The position numbers were made by a program, and so were the translations under genes. Below the pieces are notes generated by a model, which was given only the letters and a program-made list of their open reading frames with translations, ran no database searches and was not told the origin of the DNA. Below are positions 40,746 to 55,035 of a stretch of DNA of 64,000 bases, one piece after another. The DNA comes from Octopus vulgaris (Eukaryota). Location of the stretch: positions 19,220,001-19,284,000 of the forward strand of contig OX597832.1 of assembly GCA_951406725.2 (NCBI GenBank), in the 5' to 3' direction. Position 1 is the first letter of the stretch. Each line of letters starts with the position of its first letter.

Positions 40746-41307
40746 CCACTGCCTTGATGCCGTAAAAAGCAGTGGCTCTCATGACGTCTAATGTTAATTG
40801 ATTGGAAGTGTTAACAAGTACAAGTTTTGTCATAGTATAAGAAATAGGTTACAGCAAATATTCTGCTGAATACCACAGATTTGCTTCTCAGTTACTTGAC
40901 CTTATCCAGTTGAACATGTCTCTTAGTGGCCGACGATATGAGCTTTTCTGATCACGTACAAGAGTAGTGGCAAGGCATCATAGCCATGTATTGAGAGGAG
41001 TAGTTCTTTGGAACTTGAACAATATTCCTCTGGAAAAACAGGTGTTTCATCCATCATCCTTAACCAATCCTTTTGCAGAGACTTTTTGAGTGGGATAGGC
41101 TACTCGACCTATAAAAGAATCCTGACTGGGTCTCACCTTCAAGTTCACGTGCTGCTTATCATGATATGAGATCACCATGTCACGCACGTATGGTCGTGAT
41201 GCATGTACCTCATGTACTATTTTCAGACGACTAAGCATGATGGGTGTATTGGACTCCGTATATTTGTATCCCGGTGTCATTTTCACTTTCACTCAATAAT
41301 AATAATG

Positions 41308-41432
<125 letters not shown>

Positions 41433-43409
41433 AAGAAGATGAATTTCTAATATAGACACAAAGACTGAAATTTTGGGAGAGATTATAATCTTTAGGACAT
41501 GACTGTTGTTTAATTTATGCACTAAGATAGAATGAATACCTAAGATGCTTTTGGTGCAATTTGAACTCAGAACGTAACGAGCGGCAAGAAATGCCGCCAA
41601 GCATCTTATAGGAAGTGCTAAAGCTTCAGGCAGCTAATTGTTTTTCATTTAATCCCAAAGCTTACAGTTTTAATGGGAATTGACAACTCCAAACCGCGAC
41701 CACCTGTACGTTATTCGATAGAGCCTGGAGAGATGAAAAGTAAGGGTGACCTCAGAAAAGACAGAGCTGAGGCTTAAACGCAGCTTAAAATTTCTCCCGA
41801 TCACCTAAAGATTACGTATGTCTACCAATGTCTAATGTTTTAGGCATATAACACGCAAAATCTGAAGGGAAACAATGAAGGAGTTACTTGTTACCCTCAA
41901 TTCCAACACTAGGCAGGCATTTTACATGCTACAACTCAGATAGATCTTGATGTTGTCTGAAATCAGAACATATAAGGAGAAATTAGACTAACTGGCGGTG
42001 ACGAGTGCGTTACCGAATTTACCAAATGACCATGCGCTAACTTCCTATAAATAATGTAAATCATTTTAACACAAAAAACTTTGCATACACACATTTGCAC
42101 ACGCACACAGACATACATACATACGCACCGACTTGGGCTGAGTGGCTGAGTGGTTCAAGAGTCACGGTAGTTGTTTCGATTTTCTTTGCTCTCAATTCAA
42201 ATACAGCTGAATTGTTCTTTAGAGGTAATCCATTCGGGATCAATTAAAAACATATGATCCCAAAATAGTGAATTGATAGAACAGTAATTACGTGGAGTTG
42301 GATATTTTGCAATATATTTGCCGCTTCTTTGCGTTCTGATTTCAAATCCAACCACGTCCTACTTGGTTGATACACAATACGTCATCCAATTAAACACCAC
42401 TACGTGGCAACGTAGTTGCCTTTATCCGAATTCACTTTATTTTAAGCATTCAGACCAGGGATCCTGATTCAGATTAATTTCATAGCACCCTCCAACCACC
42501 CTTTGAGGCTTTGGTTCATTGACACTACTTATCCACCTGAAACATAAAACAAAGCGGCAGCTTAGAACCTCAAAACCCTTACGGGCCACAAAATACTTAA
42601 AAGCCATATGTGTTTATAATTGATTTGAGACCATCTGGTGTAAATTTTTAACAAGTGAACTTCAAACGAAATAGCAGAATCGGTAGATCATCGTAGGGAA
42701 TGTCTTTCCGGTATATACCCCAGTTTCCTTTGATATAAGTTCAAATCTGACCGTAGTCAACTTAGACTTCATAATTTTGGGGTCAATAAGAGAAGTGCTA
42801 GTGAATGGTAGTGGATTTGTGTAATCGTTAAAGAATCGGAAATGAAGCCCTGTGTCTTTTTTCCTCAGACTTTATGAAGGAAGTTGAAATCACACCAAAG
42901 CGTATCAGACCTATTTTATGGTCTGGTTTGATACGAGGACCTGTTACTTTATGTACTGTTAGCTGTGTCACTTCTATCACACGAGTTTGAGTGAGGTTCC
43001 GACTAAAGTATAACACCCTCTCTTCTTCCTACTTAGTTACCTTGTTAAGGGCTCCCTACTAATACAACGAAAGGGATATATGTATTTAATTACTTAGGTT
43101 TTCTCCAAGAATAAATATGGCACTATACAAACAGTCACAGAAGCAAAAATCAAATTAAAATCATAGTTATGATTCATTTGAATTTAAGGTGCTGGACTCA
43201 AAGTTAGTGAGATTTTTCTATTTTCTATTTCTAGCTCGCCCAAACAGCTAGACGCTCCCTTCGCTGCCTGATAAAAATGAAAGGAAAAAATGATAGCTTT
43301 ATTCTGATTTCTTTATCACGTTTTTAGTTTGAAAACCCCGGGAGGTTGACTTTGCCTTTCTACTACTTTTGCCACAGAAATGAAGTGAGAGAGGGAGGGA
43401 GGGAGAGAA

Positions 43410-43446
<37 letters not shown>

Positions 43447-43599
43447 TGTGGTTTATTGACTAAGAGACAAAAATCATAGCGAAATCACATCATTATTGAC
43501 GTGTTTTATATAAAAATAGACGTTCATAACAATTTATTTGTAAATGTTCAAGTGTAGGAATCTATAAATGAGGCCATACGTACTGTGTGTCAGTGGACG

Positions 43600-43900
43600 T
43601 GTGTGTGTGTGTGTGTGTGTGTTTGCGTGTCTAAATATACATGGATTTTTTTTAAGTGCCGAAATATTGCACGTAGGTGGCGTAGGTGTGTGTCTCTGAT
43701 GTATGTATGTGCGTGTGTATGCATATATGTATGTATGCATGTATCTGTATACACATATAACATATAACTTGCATGAATGTATTTATGTGTGCATGTGTGT
43801 ATATATATATGTATATATGTATATATATATATATGTATATATGTATATATATATGTATATATATATACATATATACATATATATATATATACATATATAC

Positions 43901-43942
<42 letters not shown>

Positions 43943-44110
43943 GCATGTATATATATATATATATGTATATATACGTATATATATATATGCATATATATAC
44001 GTATATATATATGTATATATATTCATATATATATGTGTATGTGTGTGTGTATATATATATATAAATATATATATATATGTATGTATGTATGTATGTATGC
44101 ATGTATGTAT
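43600..44110. repeat. TG/TA compound microsatellite
   Basis: Directly visible. Confidence 0.9.
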
Positions 44111-44577
44111 AACCAAAGGGAGAAAGAGTAAAGGGGTGAGATTGTACATGTAAGAGATTAGGTAATGTATGTGCTTGCGTGGGATTGCGGGTGGGGGTGA
44201 GAGGCGGCGAGGATGTTACAGACATTCCACATGAATATTTCAAACAAATGCTTGAAATATACTGACAGACGTAACACGCAGCTTGTTTTTGTTTTATTTT
44301 TCCTGTTTTGTTTTGCATTTTCTTTTTTTTTTTCTCCCTTTCAAATGATTGATTAATTATGAGCGAACACTACCAAACAAGAGTAATTAGAGCGTCGGAC
44401 GGAATGTCATGTAGTAGTCAGTCCAGCGACTACTTGGCAGAGTCGGTTGAGCATCGGATAGAATGATATGCAGTACATTATCCGATTCTCAGCTTTCTGT
44501 GTTCAAATCTCACTGAGGTCAGCTTTGCCTTTTATCTTTCAGGAATCGATGTTAAAACTCTGCCAATCAACAGTAGT

Positions 44578-44875
44578 TGTTTTGTTCCTTCTCGAGCCAT
44601 CCCTGGCTCATAAGGGCCGGTTTCCCGGTTTGCGTGGCGTACAGGTTCCCCACCAGGACGAGACGCCGGTCTGTCGCAGGTGAGCTGCAAGATGCAGGAG
44701 GAAAGAGTGAGAGAAAAATGTCGATGTAAACGCCTTACACTCATTTGTGAAATTGCTGGCCTTGTTCCAAAATTCGAAGAGTAGAAGACACTTACCCAAG
44801 GTGCCACGCAGTGAGACTGAACCCGCGAACCGTGTGGTCGGTAGGCAAGCTACTTACCACGCAGCCACACTTGCG

Positions 44876-44878
<3 letters not shown>
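44578..44878 (-). mobile_element. SINE C 3' fragment (44578-44722) and SINE B head (44775-44878)
   Basis: Homology to full copies elsewhere in the window. Confidence 0.75.
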
Positions 44879-44953
<75 letters not shown>

Positions 44954-44955
<2 letters not shown>

Positions 44956-45129
44956 GGAGTAAACACATGATTGTGAAATAAGGTGGAAATAAGAGTACTC
45001 AAATACCAGGGGTAGAGTAATATGCTTTATTTAAAAGCAGCAGAAATTTGTTAACATAACTGTCCGAAGAACGAGAACGTGAAACTCCGAGTAACAGGTT
45101 TTGTTGAATTTCTGCTGCTTTTAATTAAA

Positions 45130-45130
<1 letters not shown>
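44954..45130. mobile_element. Fold-back (TA)n-embedded element (inverted PLE-like termini)
   Basis: Inverted repeat CTTTATTTAAAAGCAGCAGAAATT (45025-45048) / AATTTCTGCTGCTTTTAATTAAAG (45107-45130). Homologous to 51650-51790. Confidence 0.7.
45060..45097 (+). ncRNA. Type I hammerhead-like motif, U4C core variant
   Basis: CTGT-CCGAAGA-ACG-agaa-CGT-GAA-ACTC-c-GAGT-A-ACAG. All three stems pair. Confidence 0.65.
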
Positions 45131-45192
<62 letters not shown>

Positions 45193-46558
45193 AATTGAGA
45201 TAGGGGTTGTAAATGCAACCCTCCATGGGAAAACATATATCCAATATACTGCTAGTGAAGTACCCAACAAAGTTAATACATAATGTTAAGAATTGCGATG
45301 CAATTAATTCATTTACTGTATTATATGGGCAAAGGTAAAATGTTTTACCACAAATTCATAATACAAAATAAGGAAATGGAGAAGGATGTATTTCTCCATT
45401 TTCTTATTTTGTATATGTATATATATATATATATATATAATTGTGGAATTATAAACAATTTATTGCACATAAATTTGAATAACAAAATATTATATGAACC
45501 TCTAAGCGCTATATTGGAACCCGGGTGATAATCTCCAAATTGTAGATAAAGGAAAGTTAATGTTCTGTATCCAGTGGAAGAAATGAGGTAGTATTAGATT
45601 TCTAAGTGCAACGATCTTCCTTTAATTCCACTTTGTGATGCCCCCGTTGAATTCTCAAAATTCAAGATGGATGCAAAGCAAAAAGTAATAAGAAATATAA
45701 CAAATCAAGAGAGTTCACATTAACAACTGGACCCATATTGCAACCCCACAACGCCAGCCTTTTAGCATTCACTTATTTTATGTGCAGCATTTCTAGTACA
45801 CGTCATCTGACAGATGTTGAAACTTACACGTATCTACGTCAAGATTGTTTAATGATATACAGAAATTAAAAACACAAACATAGGGCCGTTGCAAGGGTAT
45901 TCAGTGCTCTTAAACCAGACCCAAATTATGCTGCAAAATTAATATTCTTATATCCAGTTTTTAACGCAGCATACGTTGCTATCCTTACAACAGCCGAAAA
46001 ATAGTCAGAGTTTTATAAACAACTTTCTAAATAGAAAGCTATAATTTTTATGATTAAGCATATAACCAGGAAAATCAGTTATCTGATATAAAATTTGAAA
46101 TGTTTCATTGGTCTCTTGTAGAGGACTCATATTTTATAGCTCTAAATGATCTCATGGTTATACCAGTGCGTAGCATCGACCCTGCACAAACTATAAAATA
46201 TAACCTGATGTAGTCATGAAAAGTACGATGTTCGAATCAATCAATAAAATTTTAATGTGTCGTGTGTGAAAATTGAACAACAAAACTTTTATAGGAATCC
46301 TATAATATTACTTTTTTTTTTCTTTTCATGTTCTTGTTGCTGATGTTTAGTTATAGGTCAGTATTGATCTAGCAGGCGTATGTGTATATGCGTTCAAGCC
46401 GGGAAAATTCACCGGTGTGTTTTCAAATATCAGAAAATATACTGTCTAATGTATTATTAACCATTTTAAAAATTGTCGGATATGATTTGAGGACGATTTT
46501 GACTAATAATTTTAGCATCCCGAAAGACCAGTCGAGGGTTTATCGGTGAGTATATAAT

Positions 46559-46789
46559 TTTTCTTTACTACCAACAAGGGGCTAAACATAGAAGGGACAA
46601 ACAAGGACAGACAAAGAGATTAAGTCGATCATATCGACCCCAGTGCGTAACTGGTACTTTATTTAATCGAACCTGAAAGGATGAAAGGCAAAGACGACCT
46701 CGGTGGAATTTGAACTCAGAACGTTACGACAGACGAAATACCGCTTAGCATTTCGCTCAGCGTGCTAATGTTTCTGCCAGCTCGCCGCC
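46559..46789 (-). mobile_element. SINE family A monomer with 19-bp TSD
   Basis: TSD TTATCGGTGAGTATATAAT at 46540-46558 and 46790-46808. Confidence 0.9.
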
Positions 46790-47087
46790 TTATCGGTGAG
46801 TATATAATAGCGACCAGGTTGAATATCTTCATTGTTAACGACAATTTCGACCAGTCAAGAGCCTACACGCTATGACTAGGTAAAACAGCAAAATCACCCT
46901 CGGAATATATCGACACGTTTTACTCTCTTTTAAAGACAGTCTTGCGAAAATCTTAGTTATAAGATTAAGGGGTAGGCAGTGCTGGAATGCTTTAGATTAA
47001 GAGTTGGTACAATCAGGACTCAGCCGTCGTTGAAAAGCACGCAAAGTGACACATCTTCTAGCAGAGTCATCAATTTCCTTATTATTA

Positions 47088-47319
47088 ATCGTTAGTACGC
47101 TGGACGAAAAGTTTCTTAGTAGCATTTCTTCCATCTTAATGCTCTGAGTTCAAACTCCGCCGAGGTCGACTTTGCATTTTATCCTTTCGGGTTTGATAAT
47201 TTAAGTACCAGTTGAGTACTGGGGTCGACGTAATCAACTCATCCTCTTTCCCCAAATTTCAGACCTTCTGCTTATGGCAGAAAAGATTGTTATTGTTATT
47301 ATTATTATCATTATTATTA

Positions 47320-47389
<70 letters not shown>

Positions 47390-47660
47390 CATCATTATTA
47401 TTATCATTATTGTAATAATAATAATAATCATTATTATTGTTGTTGTTGTTAAGGTAGCGAGCTGGCAGAATCGTTAGCACACCGGGCGAAATGCTATGCT
47501 GTATTTTGTCTGCTGCATCGTTCCGAGTTCAAATTCCACCGAGGTCGACTTTGCCTTTCAAACTTTCGGGGTCGATAAAATAAGTACCAGTTAAACACTA
47601 GGATCGATGTAATCGACTCATCCCCACCACACCCAAGCTGTTATTGTGGCAAAAATTTTA
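47088..47660 (+). mobile_element. Two SINE family A variants separated by (ATT)n
   Basis: Cores at about 47145-47240 and 47451-47660. Confidence 0.75.
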
Positions 47661-47727
47661 AATAATAATAATAATAACAATTATTATTATTATTATTATC
47701 ATTGTTGTTGTTGTTGTTGTTATTATT

Positions 47728-48200
47728 ATCTTGGTTTGACTCAGGTCCGGTCATATTCCTGGTAGAATTTATATGGGTAGCGGGTTACTAACTCTAACCT
47801 TAAGTATCCACCAGTTTTTAGCAGTCTTTCTAGTGCTTAGAACCCTCTAATAATCCTTGCTGTCCTTAAGAGGCAAAATTTCTGTTCGAGCTCTACCGGG
47901 CATTCTACTCCAGATTTTTCCAGCCATTTCTCTATATCTTAGCTTAATGTTCCCATCGCAAAATGTTCCCATCGCAAAGTGTTCCCATCGCAAAATGTTC
48001 CCATATGCATGACCTTTATGATCATTGGAATGAAATGAGCATGATGGGTCGATCAGTAAACAACTTCGCATTTCCTTATCTATAATTATTATGTCTGGTC
48101 TACTACTTTCTAATTTCTTGTACGTTTGAATAGGAAAGTCCCACAAATACCTTACATTTCTCCTCCGACGCCAGTACTCTGTCGACTCGATGACTGCACC
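47728..48200 (-). mobile_element. R4/Dong-like non-LTR retrotransposon 3' fragment (restriction-like endonuclease)
   Basis: LWDFPIQTYKKLESSRPDIIIIDKEMRSCLLIDP and C-terminal QKFCLLRTARIIR. 3' end abuts (TAA/CAA)n. Confidence 0.8.
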
Positions 48201-48224
48201 ATGTGGGTCCATTTGTTATATAAT

Positions 48225-48398
48225 ATATACACGACGAGCTTCTTTCAGTTTCCGTCCACCAAATCCATTCACAAGGCTTTGGTTGGCCTGAGGCTATAGT
48301 AGAAGACACTTGCCCAAGTTGCGACGCAGTGGGACTGAACCCGGAACCATGTGGTTGGTAAGCAAGTTATTTACCAGTTATTTACACAGCCACTCCTA
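48225..48398 (-). mobile_element. SINE family B, 5' part
   Basis: Homologous to 63085-63245. Confidence 0.8.
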
Positions 48399-49344
48399 AG
48401 CCTTTATTCAAAATAAAGATAACTATAACAAATACCCTTATGAAAAGGGACATTCTTTTCTTTTTTTTTTTTTTTTTTTGTCTGTTCTGCATACACGTTC
48501 GTGCAACACATTTCCACCGTTCAAGGCTTACGGAGAAATTGAGCATTTACCGATGATCAATGAAATGAAACAGTAACACAATATGTCTCTCGCTTTTTTG
48601 CAACAGCAGTGTATAATTTGAGTGAAAAATACCTGCAATTTTAGATCGATGTGCTTACTACTCCGTTATTAGCTTACGCTTATACAGATTCAATGATCTC
48701 TCAGATTATGACACTTCCAGTTCAATCCAGCTGAATTAACATAAAACCGGTCCAAAATACTTAGAGAATTAAGTTCCAATTTAACCCGGTTTTTAGTGTT
48801 TTCCTAAATGTTTAATCGTACAGTGTATTATATAGAAGTATACCATATTTTGCAGAATATGTTTTATAACATAGGCTTCAGTTTGTTGGACATTATCAGC
48901 AAACGACTACTGATGTTGGAACGAAACCGGCTGAAATTAAAACAAGACAGGCCTTCTTGAGTATGCGCTACACTCACACGGGGACAAAAACATTAAAGAA
49001 ACAGCTGCAGGGATTTCTGGAGGACAGAGGAGCGTTGAATTGACTGGTCACCGAGATCAAATTGGACTTAACATGATATGATATGATATGATATGAAGTG
49101 TATTCCTTCAAATATACGTCGTTCTGTTACACTTTTTCTCAAAGAGTAAAAAACAATCTTTGTATTTTGAGTTTGTCTGATTCCTTGGAAATACAGAACA
49201 CACTATAGCAGCTGGAGCGAGATTTGAATATTCAGAGGCTGGTAAGATAACTGCACACCAAATTTGAACGGTGGGGATATTAAAATGATATTTATCTGTT
49301 ACTGTATAATTTAAATGGGAACCACAAGCAACGGAACAATACAT

Positions 49345-49348
49345 TACA

Positions 49349-49393
<45 letters not shown>

Positions 49394-49625
49394 ATAAATG
49401 TATGTATGCATGTATATATACGTATGCGTGTGTGTGTATGTGTGTGTGCGTATGTATATATAAATAATATATATGTATATATATATATGCATATATATAT
49501 GTATATATGTGTGTATGTATATATAAAGTATACATGTATATATATATATGTATATATGTATGCATATATGTATGTGTGTATATATATGTATATAAGTATA
49601 TATATATATATATGTATATGTATAT

Positions 49626-49681
<56 letters not shown>

Positions 49682-49860
49682 GTCTATATGTGTATAGACA
49701 TATTCATGTGGGTATACATATACATATATATATGAGTGTATATAAGTATATATATGTGTATATATATATATATAAAATTACATATATTTATATATATATA
49801 CATACATACATATTACGCATTTATGAGCATTTATGTATATTTGTATACATACACGTAAGA
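49345..49860. repeat. CA/TA compound microsatellite
   Basis: Directly visible. Confidence 0.9.
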
Positions 49861-50914
49861 GCAGATGGGTGAACTCATAGGTTATTGACCCAATCTGGGT
49901 CACTTTACAGTTTTTTTATTTTCTGTTAAACTATTTATATTGTAAATACATGTAACTTTATCTGATTCTATCCACACGAGAGAGAGAGAGAAAGAAAGAG
50001 AGAGAGAGAGAGAGGGGAGAGAGAAAAAGAGACAGAAAAATAAAGTGTGAAAACAAATCAGAGAGTGATATTTTATAGAGGCCTTAACATTGAAAGAAAC
50101 GGTAACAGATTTTAGTGCATAAATCAATGATTCCCCTTCAGTGTTGTGTTAGTATACGAGGTTGTAGTCTACGTCGTTCAGGAGATATAAGTGTTACTCA
50201 TGCGGCGGATAACGGGATAGCTTACAAGCCTTGCATTCACGTCACAATTTTATTTGGAAAGTGTTTCCTTAATGCACTTTTAGCTTGGTCTGTTTGTATG
50301 TATTGTTATATAGAAACAATGCTTTTGTGTTTATATTTCTCGTGTTCGAATATAAATATTTTGTATTTAGTAATCTATGTGACAGCATGCTAAATTTAGA
50401 ACTAAGGAAATTTTGAAAAATCGAAATTAAATCCAAAATGAAAGGAACTGAATCTAGAGATAACGAGAATTATTTTTACTTCTTTCATTTCAAGTAGATA
50501 ATTTCAGAACATAAGCGGATCAAAACTGTAAAATCCATCGTGCCTTAAGGAAGAAGAGCGATCTTAGGTAGGTGGGATGAAATTTCCAGAGGTTTCGACA
50601 TAATTACACCTCTTCAGTTGCGTAGAAGGTAAATTCTAACTACCAGATTTTACTTATAGATTATATTTGAATGTTCGATACTGATTAAACAGCTTCAAAT
50701 AATGATTTCAGAAATTTTTTTCTCAGGTCTGCCTTCAACATGAATTATTTAATTTTAAGTGCTCATTAAGATGTCTGTATTTGTGAACCAAAACTATTTT
50801 CCGTTACTTGACATAAGATAGTCACACAACCACAGATATACTGAACGCATTTTTTTTCTTTTAAATATATCACCACTCACGTAAATATATTGCATTTACA
50901 TTCTTATAAACGCA

Positions 50915-51545
50915 GGCGGTGAGTTGGCAGACACTTTAGCAGGTGAAATGCTTAGCGGTATTTTGTCTGCCATTACATTCTGAGTGCAAATTCCGCTGAG
51001 GTTGACATTGCTTTTTATCCTTTCGATAAATTAAGGATAAATTAAGGGTCGATAAATTAAGGACCAATTGCGCTCTGGGGTCGATATAATTGACTTAATC
51101 CTTTTGTCTATCCTTTTTTGTCCCCTCTGTGTGTAGCCCCGTGTGGGCAGTAAAGAAATAGGTATTTCGTCTGCCGCTACGATCTGAGTTCAAATTCCGC
51201 CGAAGTCGACTTTGCCTATCATTCTTTCGGGGTCGATTAAATAAGTACCAGTTATGCACTGGGGTCGATATAATCGACTTAGTCCGTTTGTGTGCTCTCG
51301 TTTGTCCCCTCTGTGTTTAGCCCCTTGTGGGCAATAACTAAATGAGGAACGTTAGCACGCTAAGTGAAATGCTGAGCGATATTTCGTCTGTCTTTACATT
51401 CTGAGTTCAAATTCCGCTGAGGTCGCCTTTACCTTTCACCCTTTCGGGGTCAATAAATTCAATGCCAGTTGCATACTGGAGTCGATCTAATCGACTGGCC
51501 CCCTCTCCAAAGAGTTCGGGCCTTATGCCTAGTGTACAAAATAAT
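50915..51545 (+). mobile_element. SINE family A trimer
   Basis: Junction A near 51160, junction B near 51347, alternative tail at the end. Confidence 0.82.
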
Positions 51546-51649
51546 ATTCTTACTGACTTTTCATTTGATAAAACAGCTACAAACTGCGTGCGCATCATAT
51601 TCTATCATATTACATTAAGCATCAGAATTTTGATTTAGTATTATCACAA

Positions 51650-51792
51650 ATTGTCTGATGAACGGTAACGTTAAATTGAGTATCAGATTTTGAAGATTTG
51701 TTTCAGCTTTAACAAAAAGCATATTAATCTACCGTTGGTATTTGAGTACTTTTTTCTTCACCTTGTTTTGTGCATTTATGCGCTTAGTCGAG
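51650..51792 (+). mobile_element. Decayed hammerhead-bearing element, sister of 44954-45130
   Basis: TGT-CTGATGA-ACG-gtaa-CGT-TAAA-TTGAG-TA, then GGTATTTGAGTACT...CACCTT shared with the 45-kb copy. Confidence 0.6.
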
Positions 51793-51944
51793 TGTGCGTG
51801 TGAGTGTTGGAAGTCGGGGTACAATAGGCACCTGTTTGCTAGAAAGAAGGGCTAAATCTATCGAAAACCACTCGTCTCTCACTATATATAAACACGCACG
51901 GAGAATGTAGCAAATATACTAAAAATAACACACACAAAAAAAAG

Positions 51945-52373
51945 CTTTATGTTTTGAGCTTTAATTTTCGCCGAGGTTAGTTTTTGCCTTTCATCCTTTC
52001 GGGCTCTATAAAATAACTACCAATTACGTACTGGGGTCGATCTGGTCGACTGGCTCCCTCCCCAGAAATTTCGAGCTTTGTGCCTAGCACATAAAAAGAA
52101 TAAGTACCAGTTGAGCACTGGGGTCAGTGTAATCGACCTACACACTCCCCCGACATTGATGACCTCGTACCAAACTTTAAAACCAATATATACTAAATCC
52201 TGTATTCTACTGACATGAGTAGGCTATAATTGAACCTGCACTTGGTATCCAAAACAGAGGACAATATATAAAGAGGTCAAGCCTGTGTGCCATGTATTGT
52301 ATGTGCATAACTTTGCGCCACAATACACGGACCGATATAAGATTGGCGCTGCAGTAATTTATGGGTGGTGATG
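51945..52373 (+). repeat. Copy of ~428-bp dispersed duplication (SINE A part + non-SINE flank)
   Basis: Near-identical to 55081-55508. Confidence 0.92.
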
Positions 52374-52599
52374 TTAAACTATAAAGAGCTGGGTAGATAT
52401 CCCAGGATCAATTACTTTTGCTTTCTCTGTCAATTCAGCAGAGACATATGAGCTAGAATAGTCCAATGCTGTTACAGAGTAAATGTTATGTGGTTTGTAA
52501 CAGAACTGGAGAAGTTTAGCTTCTGTTTCTAGCAATGTTAGTGTTATTCACACCCTTAGTTAAGTGTAGTTGATTATATATATATATATATATATGAAG

Positions 52600-52696
52600 A
52601 ATTGTTTTATTTATATTCCTGTGCGCCATACTAATACAATTGTTTGTTTGTATTCCACCTGCCTTCGTCTTTTGTTTATTTTCATAAAGCTTCCCG

Positions 52697-52748
<52 letters not shown>

Positions 52749-52948
52749 GAATAAGGGTAGAAATTGATATTAATCAATTAAAACCAGTGGCCCAGCATAT
52801 TAAAAATATCCGAAGATGAAAATATTTTTTTACATACAAAATTTAAAGGACTGACCACTAAAAGTGGTATATATGCTAGAATAGCGATTTTGACGTCTAT
52901 ATCTAGCATATTGACTGTCCACTGTTAGTGGTCAGTCCTTTAAATTTT
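52600..52948. mobile_element. Cluster of (TA)n-associated element termini including a fold-back
   Basis: 52625-52697 matches 33239-33310. 52742-52817 matches 33056-33133. Inverted repeat AAAATTTAAAGGACTGACCACTAA at 52838-52861 and 52925-52948. Confidence 0.65.
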
Positions 52949-52956
52949 ATATATAT

Positions 52957-53000
<44 letters not shown>

Positions 53001-53062
53001 GTACATATATATGCTCATATACATATGGACATATTTCCGTGTTACATTCTGTGTATATGTGT

Positions 53063-53110
<48 letters not shown>

Positions 53111-53124
53111 GTGTGTGTGTGTGT

Positions 53125-53182
<58 letters not shown>

Positions 53183-55035
53183 AATATCAGAAATGATTCA
53201 AATATCTGTCAACAACGCTTGGAAGATTGCTTCCTATCCTTAAACTTAATATCCTCCCTTCGTAGTGAACAATTCTAAAACAAATCCGGTAAGATAAGGA
53301 TCATTTGTTCATCGCACTCTTCCGAATCTTTCTCGACCGCTAAGCTACAACTGAAATTGTCGGTCCTTTGCGAAAACAATCTCCAGCAAATTCGCGGTGT
53401 TTTCGCATCATCCTCTCCGAAATACCAATGGCTCCGTGAGATGAACTCCATCATGCATCCTCCAACTTAATTGTCCACTTAACATTCAGTTCATATAACT
53501 ACTTACCCTTCGTTAATCTCATTTAAATTACTCCATTTGCAACACACGATGCTCCACATTTCACATACGTACATGTTTCGTGCCTCTTTTTACAGACATG
53601 GTAATAAAAGACAAGTACACATTTTCAACGATATTTCCAATGTAAATGATATGAAATACATTTAGTCAAGAATACACGCTAAATCAGTAGGTCTCATCTA
53701 TTTTTTTTCTTTATTCTCTTCTGAATTTAACATTTTTCTGTTCCCACCTCCATTGTAGACATACTAATTGTTGAGAGTGAATATGTTTTACTCAGGTAGT
53801 ACGTATAGGATCATAACAATGCAAAGTGTTTGTAGCTCTTACACAAACAACAATAACCTTGGAAATACAATATTTGTTTGATATTACAATTACAATAATT
53901 AAACAAGTATATAATCAGTTTGTTAACAAATACAATATAAGCAGTATGTTAACAAGGACAATAATAAGCTATTGATAGAAAAATGCAAATATGCAATTCG
54001 TCAAGTTTTATGAAACTATGTGTTGAAGTACCTTCTATAACAGACTGGTTGCTGTCAAAACATAGCGGCGAGGTAACCGACTGGTGTTACATAACCAGGC
54101 TATTTCGGTGCAGAAAACATTAAGTTTCAAAGTGTAATCATTTTTAATGACACATAAGTATTGTAAGAAAGAAAATAAACATATAATAAAATGAAATAAA
54201 ATAGTTTTTGTTTGGAAACCTTTATGAGAATATTTCCCATTACAAAAATATACACGTAAAATCTTTTAATTCCAAATCGAGTTTCATCTAACTGACCTAC
54301 TATCAAAATAATTTCAAATTTGATCTCGTTTTCTCGCATATCATGGACTATATTGCTCACTGAACGTGCCATCCTTCTCGGTGAATGATTTGTGGGGTGG
54401 TTTAGCTTCATTTTCTAATTGGCTGGAGCATGCGAACAAGCTCCATTCTTTGGCTGGTACAAGAAAAACAGTTACATATCATAGACGGTCGGTGTTTGCA
54501 TTCTATTCAATACAACCTACAGAATATAATGTAAATAACAAACACTTAACACTAAAAGCAACAGCCAATAAGTATAAAGTATTCGGTTGCAAAAAGATTA
54601 ATATAAACCAAAATAAACAAATTTTAAATCGGGATAAAGAGAAAAAATATTCATGAAACAAAAAATACACTTACCTATACATATAACAATAACACGCGAA
54701 AATGAAAATATACTCGAATAAGCTAAAGTAGGAAGGTCAACATAGCAACAAGAGTAAATGATGTTAATAAAGTTCTAATAATTACTCCTTTGTTAACATT
54801 GAAAGTAATAGAGATATTTTAACGGGAGTTGAAACCAATTCAGAGAAAAGACATAGCAGTAGGAAGTTACAAAAGCGGGTGCTTCTTTACCTGAAAAATA
54901 TCTGCAAGCAGGATCAAGAAGTAAGGTAACTCAGGTCTAGATTCAAGAAGGTGTCAGGGAGTCGGGAGCTTTGCTGCTGATGGTTTTACAATGGAAAATT
55001 AATAATATTCTCTAGATTTTATATGGTAAGTTTTG

